A stretch of 55,495 bases of DNA, the filler included, from Bipalium vagum (lineage: Eukaryota), in NCBI GenBank assembly GCA_037834085.1. It is 3 parts of 3 records of this genome, joined end to end, with 100 filler letters (N's around TTAATTAATTAA, not from the genome) between each part and the next. Parts side by side here need not be neighbours in the genome. Positions count along the whole stretch, not along the records: positions 1 to 19,585 come from JBBMKC010272133.1; positions 19,686 to 37,886 come from JBBMKC010036773.1; 1 more part is not named here. One strand, written 5' to 3'. The notes under the pieces were generated by a model, which ran no database searches, was not told the origin of the DNA, and saw nothing but the letters and a program-made list of their open reading frames with translations. The translations under genes and the position numbers were made by a program. Each line of letters opens with the position of its first letter. The stretch's first letter is position 1. Below, in pieces: positions 12,881 to 24,766 of this stretch.

Positions 12881-13573
12881 TCGACGTTTCTGAATTATGG
12901 TTTCTTTCAAATTGTCGACAGGACACAATCGAATCTTTCTTTTTTCATGTTTTTCACATATCAATTATCATTTCATAAAATATTTTAAAAATCAAGAAAA
13001 TATTTCACTTCAATTATTAAATTCAGTCGAGTCTGAGCCCGTTTACTCTATTTTAATAAACCTCATCCAATATTTGTTGGAAACGATAAGAAAATGACTC
13101 CTAACTTAAGCTTTAGTAGAGATTAGAGATTATAAAAATATTATTTATTATAAAAAATAATATAATATTGAATATAGTGTATCGGTGATCAAATCATTGT
13201 ATCCACATTTTTACTTACCTTGTCATGTGGTGTCCAAAAGAAAGAGTAATCTAGTCAGGTCACACTCGTTCGACCAATCAAACAATGCCAATGAAATCAG
13301 CAGGCCATTTGTTATAACATTATACTTTGCATCAGATCAACGCATTTTATTGTAATTAAATTTTACAATCTAATATTTCTTTAAATTAATCATTTAAATC
13401 ATTTTTAAATATCGTGATAACTCAAAATAATAATTATAAAGGAAAAATAATAAAATATTAAAAATCAATAGGAGTCTGACTTTAAAAATCCAAATTCTAA
13501 ATATAATAAAAGTTCACGGCATCAAAAAAATCCATAAAATGTAATATTTGTCATTAGGATCATGCAGGTGCAG

Positions 13574-13577
<4 letters not shown>

Positions 13578-13637
<60 letters not shown>
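13578..13637. repeat. (AAT)n microsatellite
   Basis: About 20 perfect TAA units. Confidence 0.95.
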
Positions 13638-15234
13638 GTAAGAAGAATATTATTTTTAAATTACTGAAATTTATAAGATTATTTTATAAAAACTATTATA
13701 TAACATAACGCAACAATTATTATCACACAACAAGCACACAGGGTGCATAAATTTAGCATTGAATTAAGAGATTAAAGAGCGATAAAAAAATGATTGACGC
13801 TCAGTGTGTGAGGGGAAAATAAGTATAAAGAAAGAAGAAAAGAAGACCAATTTTCATTAAATATAGCCAATTTTTATAAGTAATAAGAACAAAAAAGAAG
13901 TTTATCACAAATGTTTTTTAAACAATCAGAGATTTATTTTAAATTCTAATTTGAAAAATCTTATTGAATTTTATTACTTAATTGGAAAAGACGAGGAAAT
14001 GATTTCCCATTTCTGCCTTTGTTTAAAAATAAAGCTTCTCATATTTTTTTGAACTCGTCACTTGATTCGTTAAGCTCTCTTCAAGGGTGTCTGCACTCTT
14101 CCTGTTGTAGATTGAATTCTATTGTAAATAGTCATTGTCATTTTGATCATCATTTGATCAATGCAACTATTTACTAATCGCGCTGGTTTGTAAACATTTT
14201 GTATTATAAATAATCATTATGCAAATCTTTGTCTTCATTTATGAGAGTGATTAGTGTATTACCCATTTCTGATCGGCATTCAATTCTTTTTCCAGTTTAG
14301 AAGGTCATTAGACTGGATGTTTCTTTTTACAAGGCTGTGTTAAATAGAAAGGCTTATTCCCTTCTGGCTGGAAGACTTAGTGTTTTCATAGATCAATATT
14401 ATATCTAATGAGCCAGAAGAGTTAACCTTATTGAAGTTTTAAGTAACGAATGAGACTAATACTTTTCAGACTTAGCCTTGTTCTCAAATGAAATGTTGAT
14501 TAGTGACAATCCGTAATATTTGTTGATGACACAACAATGACCTACCATTCATACGCTTGTAATGTACGTCGACCTCCTAATAGCAACCTCAATCGGCTGT
14601 ACACTCGTTCAACTGTGAAAAACTAACCTAAGCTTGTCAGTTGTGGTACCATTGGAAGTTTGTTGTTTATGCATACTGAAACTACCACTAACAGCAACTT
14701 AGCTAAATATTGTAAAGGAAAAACGTCTGAACTTTGTGACGATGGGGAATTAAACTTATTCTATTGACTTATTATTTTTGATGAGGCACCCTGTTAAAAC
14801 AAAGGTGGTGAAGAAATGGTTTGTGAATGAGAACATCAAATTAATACTTTGAAGTTGAAAAATGGTCTTGGTAGAGAACAGGAAACCTTTCAAGAGTCAA
14901 AAGATAAAAAGATGAGAATGAAGAAAGAGAAAAACTAAATAAAGGTTATCCATCAATTATTTTATTATCACTCGGTTAAAGTGATGTATTGAGAATAAAT
15001 AAAAACGACAAAGAACAAGTTCCCCATTTTCTTTATTTTACTCCCACTTTCACATAAAGTCTCAGTCAGAATCACATCGCTCTAGCGCCCAATAACGCAC
15101 CACTTTCGGGAAGCTGAGTAAAGAATGCTACGAATGTTTATTTTATTGCTAAGCCAGGGGACCTTTCTTAGTTCGTAAGTACCGTAAGTCACACAAATTA
15201 TGCCACCACTTCCTTACATGAATTTCTTATTGTC

Positions 15235-18200
15235 CTAAGCTTTAAATATGACCGGAATTTGGCCCCGCTCAGTTTGTCTAACATAATGAATGTGGCCACT
15301 GTCATCTTCTCCCGTACACGAGTAGCCCTCGGGACTTATAGTTCTCGTATCATTGGTGAGATTTGCAGCAGGACAGATAGGGATGTTTTTGTTCACATAT
15401 TCCGTACGATAAAGACTCTGGCCATCAAAGGGCTGACTTTCGATTGAATGTATTGGTGGTTTACAGGATTGCGTTTTTTCAATATTGTGAGCAACGTAAG
15501 CCGTCTGTACAAGAAAAGAATAATTAAATAATATTAATCAAAACAAATCGGTGAGACCTATTAACTCCTTTTATGTTACTGCAAAGAAAATAGAAAAAAT
15601 AGAACTATATGGGAAGCTATTCAAAAATAAATCAACCAATGAGAATTAAGACAAACAAAATCAAACGATATTATTCTTTTCAGTTGACCACGCTTGAACA
15701 AAAATACAAGTGATTCGCGAAACAAAGGAAAATCACTTGTTGAAATGATCACCTTAGTTTAAAAATGGTCTTTTGAGAAAAAAATAAAATCAATTACCTT
15801 TATGGAATTTGAAATTTCTCATAAACGGCACTGAAGAAAATTACTGCCTCTGATTTAAATAAATGCTTCAGGGACTGGTTTTAGCGAATAAAAAATGAAA
15901 TTTATGTCTTTCATTTACATAAATGGTTTACTTTACAAAAAAACCAATATGACAGAGTGCCGAAAATCAGTAACTTTAAATCGGCTGTTATTTCAATCCA
16001 GTAATGCCAAAGTAGTTTTTGTTTAAATATTATTAGTAAAGAAAGACATTTTAAGAATGGACAAATCGGACAAAGTAAATCAGCAATTGGAAATTATAAA
16101 CAATAACAATCCGAATGGATCATGTATAGCGGCAACTGTTCCATTTCTGGTCACCACAATGCTCCTTCTATCAACGCGGTTGTAAATTTATTATATAAAT
16201 TTGAGCTATGTTGAACAGTTGAAGACCGACAATCCCGTGGCCGTACTCGTACTGATCGATCGAAGTCAGAGCCGCGTTCAATAAAAGTGTTTCCCAAAAT
16301 CCTTGAACCTCAATCCATAGTTGGAATCAAGAAATCGAAATTTCAAAAAACTCCCTTCAACGAATGTTCACAAAGGATTTGCATTTGCATGCTTTGCAAA
16401 TTTCAAATGACATGATCAATGAAACCAGTCGATCATGTAGGCCGCTGGGTTTTCGCATCTTAGCTTTTAAATAAGGTAAAAGTTGATCAAATTTCATCTT
16501 TAACGACGGAGCAAATTTCCATCTTTACGGCGATGTCAACAGACAAAACTGTCGAATTTGGCGGATCTGAAAACCCGCAGTTTGGTGCGGATTTGGAGTA
16601 AATGAGTAATTGGACATTACTTTTATTGGAAAATGCAAGTTGAAAGCAATCTCAATCAACGGAATTCATTTGGGTCACGTGAAGGATTACAACAATCCAC
16701 AAACTATTGATAACCTTTAAGAAGAAATTCGAATGGGAATTGCTGAAATCTCTTCGCAGATATGTTATAATGTGGTGGAAAGTGTGACTAAATTAGTCAA
16801 CCTGTGCTGACAGGAACAAGGCTCTGTTTCGGAAGACATTTTGTCTCATAAATAACCGCAATGCGGGTCATGTGAAATAATATAAAAACCTTTTCAATGT
16901 TGTACGAATAAACATGTTTTGAAAAAAGATTTAGAATGTCAGTCCTTTTAGTGACACCCTTTGCAATCCTCAGTGTGGTCAGTTCTGAGTTGCCTCCCCA
17001 TTTGGCCGTAAGTATTGTGATGATAGGGACTGGCCAAAGACTTTTCTGCATTTAGATTCAAAGCAAACTATTTCGCCCCTTTTGAATCAAAGGCTTTCCA
17101 CAGTCCTCATTAATTGTCGGTCCCCAAACTTCAGTATCCAATTGTCCATAATTGCCTTTTCAAGCGATTGTTCATCCTGTCTGACCAATGATGTCAAAGA
17201 TATATTAACTGTACTTATCAATTATCCCCAAGAAATATTCTCCTTCCGATTGTTTCTCTTAGCGGTCCACAGACATCTAAGTATGTATATTCAAGAATCT
17301 CTGTTGGCTCCAGCTTTTGTATTTCGTATTATTGAAGTTGTAACTTCGTATCTTTGACAGGCTTCACATGTTCTGATGATTTGATGAGCCTTTTCCCTCA
17401 AATTGGCAATTGAGTGGTAGTTTTCTTTCTGGTGAAACGCGACCTCCTTGGCTCCAGCGTGTGGTAATATTTCGAACTGACCGAACTGTGTCTTCAAATG
17501 TTACAACTCTGCATTTGACATTATTTTTTTTCCGACCATTCTTTCCCCTTAGCGTTGTTCTGCTTTCGTCACATCATATATATTATCCCCATCGTCATAA
17601 TAAATCTCCTCCATGTAAAGTCAGCCCTAAGCCATCTCAAGATGAATGCCATGGAAAGGCAACGTGAAGAAGAGTAAGATGGAAAGGAAAATAAGAACGG
17701 ACAAAATGTGAGATTACCCCTGTCGTAGTCTTGTCCTCAAAGGGTGCCAACAGAGGCGAATACGTCTCCTTGTGTTGTATAATGTTTGAAGGTTGATCCC
17801 AGTGTTGGTATGCCTGTCTGTAGCTGGTGCTCCCTTCGAAAGGAGCGTTACACAAGGAGGTCTGAGGTTGTCTGATCGGCAGCGCTCTGCAGTGCGGAAG
17901 CTAAAGAAAGATGAAGAATAAAATGGAGGAAGTTGGAAAGAAAAGAACGATTGAGAAAGAAAAAGCGACAACAAGAAAGAGATACGAAAGGAGACCAAGA
18001 GAGTATCCACGTTCACCAACATTGATAAAGCTTTCGTTGTACGTTGTCTTCAAGTCCATTTCTCCGTCCGGTTTCACGTACTGCTCCAAAACATGTTTCC
18101 CTGGCACGCAAGAGGTGTGGGCCACAAAGTCAGCGCGGTTGGTCGTTTCGGAAGAGAACGGCTGATCAGAATTCAGGCGATGCAGAGGGGGCTTCAGCGA

Positions 18201-18792
18201 AGGAGCCTTGCAGTGTGCCATTGGGACGAAGTCCTGACGGTTGGTGGTCATGTCCTCAAATGGAGCATCGCATTTCTGATATTCAACCTTGGCCGTTTTT
18301 GGTGCCGGCTCGATCTGAAACTGGACGTACTGGTGCTTGTGTTCCGTCATACCTTCGAATGGGCCGTTGCATGGCGCTGATGTGACGGGTGGTTTGCAGC
18401 TGATCGCTTTTGAGAGGCAGTGGGGAATGTAATCGCTTCTGTACGTGTTTGTTCCGTCGAAGGGTTCCTCGGAAGGCTTGTACATGTCTTTGGGACGAGC
18501 TTCGACTGGACAAACGCTATGTGCAACGTAGTCGGCTAAAAACAGGCAAAACACATTAACTTATGAAAAGGGAGAATGTCGTGAAAATTAACTTCGGTTA
18601 GTAGTCCCACTCTCAAAGGGGCCTTTGTCTTCACAAGTTATCGCGGGCTTGATCATTCTGGAAGCGCAATGAGGCTTCTCGGTGAATTCGTTACGATAGA
18701 CACTCTGGTCGTTCATCGGTGTCGTTGGAGGCTCGTAGGGTTGGTGGTGAGTTAGACGGATCGGTTGCACGTCATGAGGAACGAAATCGGCA
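15235..18792 (-). CDS. SAXO1/2: SAXO/FAM154-family stabilizer of axonemal microtubules (3' five exons; 5' end not resolved)
   Basis: Phase-consistent exons 18792-18593, 18535-18021, 17900-17718 and 15504-15235 (TAG stop). Repeated Mn-type motifs: PFESGTTNRTDY, PFDGTNTYRSDY, PFEGMTEHKHQY, PFEDMTTNRQDF, PFSSETTNRADF, PFEGSTSYRQAY, PFDGQSLYRTEY. C-terminal ICPA...GHIHY is typical of SAXO proteins. The last exon is absent from the supplied ORF track. Only four exons are firmly delimited; a fifth upstream exon is required by the phase-2 acceptor at 18792. Confidence 0.88.
15953..16961 (+). mobile_element. Degenerate rosa/DD41D-like (ITm) transposon in the SAXO intron
   Basis: CAGAGTG... left end and ...GTGACACCCT right end. 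Remnants NDGANFHLYGDVNRQNCRIW..SENP (consensus SDEAHFHLxGxVNxQNCRIW) and WGHVK..PQTIDNL. Confidence 0.75.
16962..17630 (-). mobile_element. Retroviral-type (rve) integrase remnant (Gypsy/Ginger-like)
   Basis: Zn-binding-like LPHAGAKE...IIRTCEACQR followed by core remnant ASPYHHNTYGQMGRQLRT (consensus SxPYHPQSNGxVERxNRT). No LTR or RT recognised. Confidence 0.7.
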
Positions 18793-19585
18793 CTGAATTA
18801 GGGAGAAAAATCTTCAAAGTCCGTTAGGAAAATAAAAACTTAAACAAAACGATTTTACGAAGATTGGTTGTCTTATGATGATTATTATTATTATTGATAT
18901 TATCTTTATTATTATTGTACCCAGTAAAATCACATAAATTTTGTCACATTATGACCCACATTCTGACAAATTTAATTTCTTGAAATGATCACGTGACACA
19001 AGATGTTCGGATCGTTTCTCAATCGGTTCGACTCATGACTCAGCTTGTATGCTGTTTGGTCTCAAGGACTGTTCTAGAAACATTTAGCGTGCGGCTTTGA
19101 ATGTATTCATTCTTGTCTTGCACTACAAATTCCTGATTATAAATCGGCAATCCAAAATGGTCTCGTCATGAGAGTAAGGTCGTTATGGCATACACTTGAT
19201 TCCATTCGGCTCCATTAAAGAATTGGTTAATGTTGTCTGCATAGTTGTGGTTGTAGTTCATTGTTGTAGTTTGTCTTTCAAGGTTGATTTCAGATCTGCC
19301 CTGCTCACAATCTTGAATCCATTTTGAGCAAATTCTTTTACAGAACAACTTATGTGAATTAGAAATATATTTTAAAAATATCATTATTATTACTATTATT
19401 CTTAATTAATTTATTATTTTTATTATCATTTATTAATACTATTATTAACAGTATTACAATTGACATGGTCAAAATTCTTTATTATTATTATAATTGTGTA
19501 ATATTATTTGTTAGTTACTGCCACGTTATCGACAGTTTCAGTATTGAAAAACTCGAGATTGTTTAACATTTTTATTTCAAGAAAA

Positions 19586-19685
19586 NNNNNNNNNNNNNNN
19601 NNNNNNNNNNNNNNNNNNNNNNNNNNNNNTTAATTAATTAANNNNNNNNNNNNNNNNNNNNNNNNNNNNNNNNNNNNNNNNNNNN
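19586..19685. other. Artificial assembly spacer (44N + TTAATTAATTAA + 44N)
   Basis: Exactly 100 nt with a central six-frame stop 12-mer; identical to the spacer at 37887-37986. Confidence 0.97.
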
Positions 19686-19761
19686 AATATAATATAATAT
19701 AATATAATATAATATAATATAATATAATATAATATAATATAATATAATATAATATAATATA
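19686..19761. repeat. (AATAT)n microsatellite at contig start
   Basis: About 15 perfect AATAT units. Confidence 0.95.
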
Positions 19762-20739
19762 CGTTGTTTTAATGATTATTTTATTAAATGTATTAAAAAT
19801 CATTTCTCACCCTTTTGTATTCGATATTTGTGGACTCATAGGTTTCTTGGCCGTCCGGCTTCGACGTTTTATTCATGTTGATCTAAATAATAAAAGTTCA
19901 TTATATTCTTTCTAATATATTTTTTGCTTATTAAATCTAATTAAAAATTTAAAATTAAAACAAAAAGAGTTGGCCAATAATAATTATTATTATCATTTTA
20001 TCATAGTTATTAATAATGAACTGCTTTTCAAATGAGTATTTACAAATTCCTCGACTGATGAGCGTAATCTCTGCGACTCTGTGCCAGAGAGAATTCATTA
20101 TTAGAAGGCAAAGGATTCTATTATTGTAAAATCTTTAAATGGAAAAGCTTTAAATCTCTTTCATCTCGTATCTATTCATTGAAAGTGATATCAGTCGAAA
20201 ATTGTAATTAAAAGCAATAATGATTTCTATTATACTACGACTATTAAACTTCACTATCAAGATGAAATGATAAAGAGCGATGTCTGCAGTGCTCTGCCAC
20301 AGCTCGCGACAATGTGACGTAGCCTTACTTTCTCATTGTCCGACTTCTTGTTTGATTGAGAGTTTCAACCGTAGTCTCCGAATCTAAAAATGTCCTTCTC
20401 TGTGATTGAATATTTTCTGCTGGCACCGTTCTCGTGTGCCACGATTCAGGCATTGAAAGACTTTGTTCCACTTTCGATTTTGACTTGACAAAGTCAGAGA
20501 AATGTTTGAGAAATCAATTCAGAGATTAAAAAGGAGATTACAATGCTGGCTGGATTTCGTTTAAAGTTTTTTCAAAATACTTTTTAGAGCCATGAAAATT
20601 TTAGGAATCTTAATAATTTTCAGACTAATAATAAATCCGAAAATATAATAATAAAAATCTTTTTAAATATTCTTTAACATAAAATACATTATCTAAATAT
20701 TGAGGTGAACACTTAAATTTTATTAATTATTATCAATTG

Positions 20740-20790
<51 letters not shown>
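20740..20790. repeat. Inverted (AAT)n/(ATT)n microsatellite
   Basis: (TAA)n switches directly to (TTA)n, giving a self-complementary tract. Confidence 0.9.
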
Positions 20791-23007
20791 AAATTTAGCT
20801 TTATTATTATTCACTTTAAAAAGAAATTCATATCTTGAAATAATTATTTCAGTTTAATGACGTCATGCAAGTTGCGTAAAACAAAAATGGTAAAAATTAT
20901 CAACAAAGAAAATCGATATATTGTCCAATTAGAATTTATACAGAGAAAGCAAAACAAAAATGTTAAATTAGCAAATTTTGGTGGCCTGGGGGTTAGGAAA
21001 AAAATAAAAATGTCATATCAGTTGAAAACTACAATTCCAAAATAAATGAAAAGATATTCTTCGTCTTTTTTGAAAGCCTTGGAAGTCAATCTGCGATTTT
21101 AATCAACAAAACGCTTTCAAATGCATCATTGAAAGCTGCAATGATCATATCAATCGATTTCTCGATATTAAATCAATCAAAAGATCCTCAATGATATTCG
21201 CAATCTGTCGATCTCCAAAATCTCATGAAGTGTTACTAAGCATTGATTTCTTTAAAAATCTTCCATTCCTTTTAAATCCAACATCAAAATATCACATGAG
21301 GTCATTGAAAAACCTATCAATAGGCTGATGAAATATATTTTTAAATTACGGACTATAATGAATATTTCCCATTAACTGACAGTCCTGAATATGATACTCG
21401 TGAATGTGGCTTATTCTTGCTTCTTCTCTAATCTGCTATTATATGAATACATTGGTCGACTGTTTATTGACAACAATTGTCAACTCTAGAATAGAGTAAC
21501 TTGAAACTGCAAAGAAAAAATTACATGGGGATTTAAAAATCATAGTGGTTGAAAAAATGAAACATCCGAATAACCAAAGATACAAAAATTCCACTATTAT
21601 GGAGAACTTTTCTTGTCAACAAATTATCCCTTAGTGACTCTAATACTATTATGGAAGCACTTATTGAACTTTTCCCAAATTAAAAAGTTAAACCCTTATT
21701 CCTCAGATACTTAAACTGCCAATCTTAATATGGGCATTCGTACGAACTATCACTTTGTGATCTCTTACGGTTGCCAACCATTTAAAAGAAATTCTCAGGT
21801 GAGCTCTTTTCGTCACCCGAAGCAAATATTTGATAATTCGAGTTATTGGTAACGAATTTGATAACATATAAAAGTGTGTTTATTTTAAAGGTAATCAAAA
21901 ATTGAACAAAAATTAATGTATGTTTCGTTTGATTATTTCTTTATTTCAAATAATGGATTTCTCAAACGTTCCCACCAGCCTACCTCTTACAGAAATAATA
22001 AAAATTATGCAAAAATATGATCAATTTGGATACATGATGAGACTCTTTTCCTTCTTGGAATCTTAGGTTTGCTCTCATCAAAAGTGATTATCTGAGAATC
22101 ACACTATATGGAACCTGATCTCTTCAACTACCCAGCTAGTGCAATTGTTAAATCGATTTTTCCACTGAAATGATCGGTATTATTGGTTAGGAATAAAGAT
22201 GAATTTGAAAATAAACAAATTTTAAGTTGACAGAATTGAGGTAACGAGCTAACCCTGGAATTAACTATTATAATGAGTACCACTTTTTATGTTTTGCTTC
22301 TCCTTTATTATTAGTTTAAGTACCTCCAAGGAAGAGGTCAATTAACAAACGAGTGGTGAAAGTACGAAAATCCGGTGAGAAAATGAGACTTAATTACTTC
22401 AGTAAAGGACTTTTGACGCCCCTCGCTTGATTTATTGATTAAACCTTGAAATAATAATAATTATTATTATTGGTATAACCGGTCACCTTAAACATGAACT
22501 TTTTTCTGATAAATGTCACGATAACTTTCTCCAGCTGATTTAATGAAAAATAAACCATTCATCTTTTTCATTAAAATTCAGCAGTAATGCCAATCTGAAA
22601 GGAAAACATTATCAAAGCTCCTCTGCTCTTTGAAAGACTCTTCAAGCTAGCAACCCTTTCATTTCGAGAATCGCAAACATTTTCTTTTCATCTTTTTTAA
22701 GCTGATCGCAAAATATTTGATCATCGTTTTTCTTTGATCATAGTCTATTTTCATTGAGAATCCATCTTGTTTTCTACGAAATCTTTTCAGCAACAGAAGC
22801 GAATCGCTTTTGAGTTTCCTGTAAATTTCTCTGTTTCAGAAAGAATTTTGAAACTTATTAGTGATGAAATTCTGTTTGCTTGTCATGTTTGTTACGTAGT
22901 GTTCATATTTATTATTATTATAGTGTGAGGTTTCTGAGGCTAAATGAGTCTAGCAGTCCGTAACCAATCAAATATTCTCACTGCAGTGATGTAATACTTG
23001 CAAAATA

Positions 23008-24261
23008 CAGAGTGTGTATAAAGTAAGTGTCCAACTGTGAAGCTCAGTAAAATATATATCATAATGAAACATATTCAATTTACATTGCTCTAAGAAAGAG
23101 AATTTCCGAACATTAAGGTGAGTGTTTTATTGTCTTAATGAGTCGATATTATCGAATTTGATTGTGGTAAATTCAAAATTTAACAATGTTTTTCTTAGAT
23201 GAATGACTGCAAATTGTTTTACTGTTAAATAAAATGGAGTCAGTCACAGAGCACGGTATTTAGAACATTCGAAATTGAAAAAAACCTACAGCGAGGACAA
23301 AAATGAAGATATTTGTTTGTGATTTGGAAGACTATCTGGAAGACCATGAGAAAAAATGAGAAAAATCTTATGAAGAAGTACCTGATACATCGGTAAGAAG
23401 TGATTCTAAAAAAGTTGGATGGAGTTATAAAACTGTAAACAATGTAATACGAAAAGATCTTCAACTTTATTCTTAAAAGATCAAAATTATCCACAAGGTA
23501 CATGATGAAGACTGAGATGAAAGAATTGCAATGTGCGAAAGCCTAATTAACACTAGAAACCCGGGAAAATGAACTATCTACAAACGCGAAGTGCGTCAAT
23601 TGACGTTTTACATTAATTTTTAATTCAAAACACATCATTTGCATTTTTTAATTGAACATTTTCCACAAATCGCTTTATTGCACATTTGGCATCGACCTGT
23701 TGTTCTATTTCTGCATTTAGTTGTTGCACATGTGCGCCTTTTCTTCGTTTCAGATGGACCGGAATCACCGGAATCACCGTCATTATTGTCCTTTGGGTTT
23801 TTATCTAATGTCCTGTGAGGTCTTCACAAACTTTATGGATAAACTGTCAACGAGAAATTGTACTTCTGCACACGCTTTTTATGAAATCTATAATAATTGG
23901 TCTTTTCTTTGTATCGAATACCACTTGATTTCTCCATAGGATTCAGGAAGAAAATCAAAAGATATTCAAGATTTGATAGATATTATTCAAATGGAGGCAA
24001 CTAAAATATCACCTGAAATATGTAAAGATGTTATGATTGACTTTTATAACCGCTTACATAAGTGTATTAAGATTAATAATCTTTCTGTAGAACAATATTA
24101 AATGTTCACAAATGAATGATACTGTGTAAAACATTTACCGTCTTATGTTGAATATCTTATGTTGAATGTCTAAATAAATTTTTATAGAAAAAATCTGTCT
24201 TAGTTTTCATTTTTATAAAAAGATATTTAAAAAAAAAGTCAGTTACTTATGAAACACCCTG
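23008..24261 (+). mobile_element. Internally deleted rosa/maT-like ITm transposon carrying a nested piggyBac fragment
   Basis: TA-flanked TIRs CAGAGTGTGTATAAAGTAAGTGTC / GTCAGTTACTTATGAAACACCCTG. Remnants D*DERIAMCE and C-terminal ISPEICKDVMIDFYNRLHKCIKINNLSVEQY*. Confidence 0.8.
23551..23915 (-). mobile_element. piggyBac 3' fragment (TIR + cysteine-rich domain)
   Basis: Begins at TTAA|CACTAGAAACC (TTAA at 23547-23550). The minus strand reads ISR*QFIHKVCEDLTG and KKRRTCATTKCRNRTTGRCQMCNKAICGKCSIKKC, the piggyBac C-terminal CRD pattern. Confidence 0.85.
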
Positions 24262-24269
24262 TATTTTGT

Positions 24270-24602
24270 GCTAATATCACATCCTCATAGCCCTGAACTG
24301 GCTCCCAGTGATTTTTTCTGGTTTCATCACTTAAAAACCATTTGTGAGGTAAGAGAATTAAGTTTTAAAATGATCTCATACGAATAGTTCAAGATTTTTT
24401 CAATGAAAGGCCTACTTCTTTTTTATAAAATAATATTTTCTGTCATAAATCGAAGGACAAAATGCCTGGAAACAGAAGGTGGTTATATGAAAACGTGATT
24501 AAGTTTATTTGCCTATGTAATTTACTTGTCCTAAATACAAAGTTTCGTTTAAATAGCGTTTTTATTCATTTACGAGTCTAAGGACTTTGTATCCAAACCA
24601 CG
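24270..24602 (+). mobile_element. Mariner 3' fragment
   Basis: HPHSPELAPSDFFWFHHLK remnant, a GGY-like end, and a TIR-like GGACTTTGTATCCAAACCACG|TA. Confidence 0.75.
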
Positions 24603-24766
24603 TATATATGATATAATTGATACATTAAAACAAAATGTTAATTATTTAAGCATTAATATTAAATGAACGATATAAAGAGAAATTTTGATATTTCACATTT
24701 CCTTGACGAATTTAAAAAGAAGAAAAAGATAAATTATTTTTATTTATCATTTCAATCGGAAAATAC

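Noticed and set aside
14250-14720. Faint LINE reverse-transcriptase-like words (IRLDVS..KA, FVDDTT)
   Set aside because: Too short and discontinuous to support a call.
17911-18513. ORFs of 76-113 aa overlapping the SAXO exons (three on the plus strand, one in an alternative minus frame)
   Set aside because: Shadow frames of GC-rich SAXO coding sequence; no independent motifs.
19630-19641. TTAATTAATTAA palindrome as a biological site
   Set aside because: Part of the synthetic gap spacer.
20042-20483. Assigning exon-like segments here as the SAXO 5' end
   Set aside because: Phase-compatible with 18792, but they lack clear Mn repeats or a Cys-rich SAXO N-terminus and lie across an artificial spacer.
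20990-22900. Possible decayed retroelement on the minus strand
   Set aside because: Only vague similarity; no motif I can defend.
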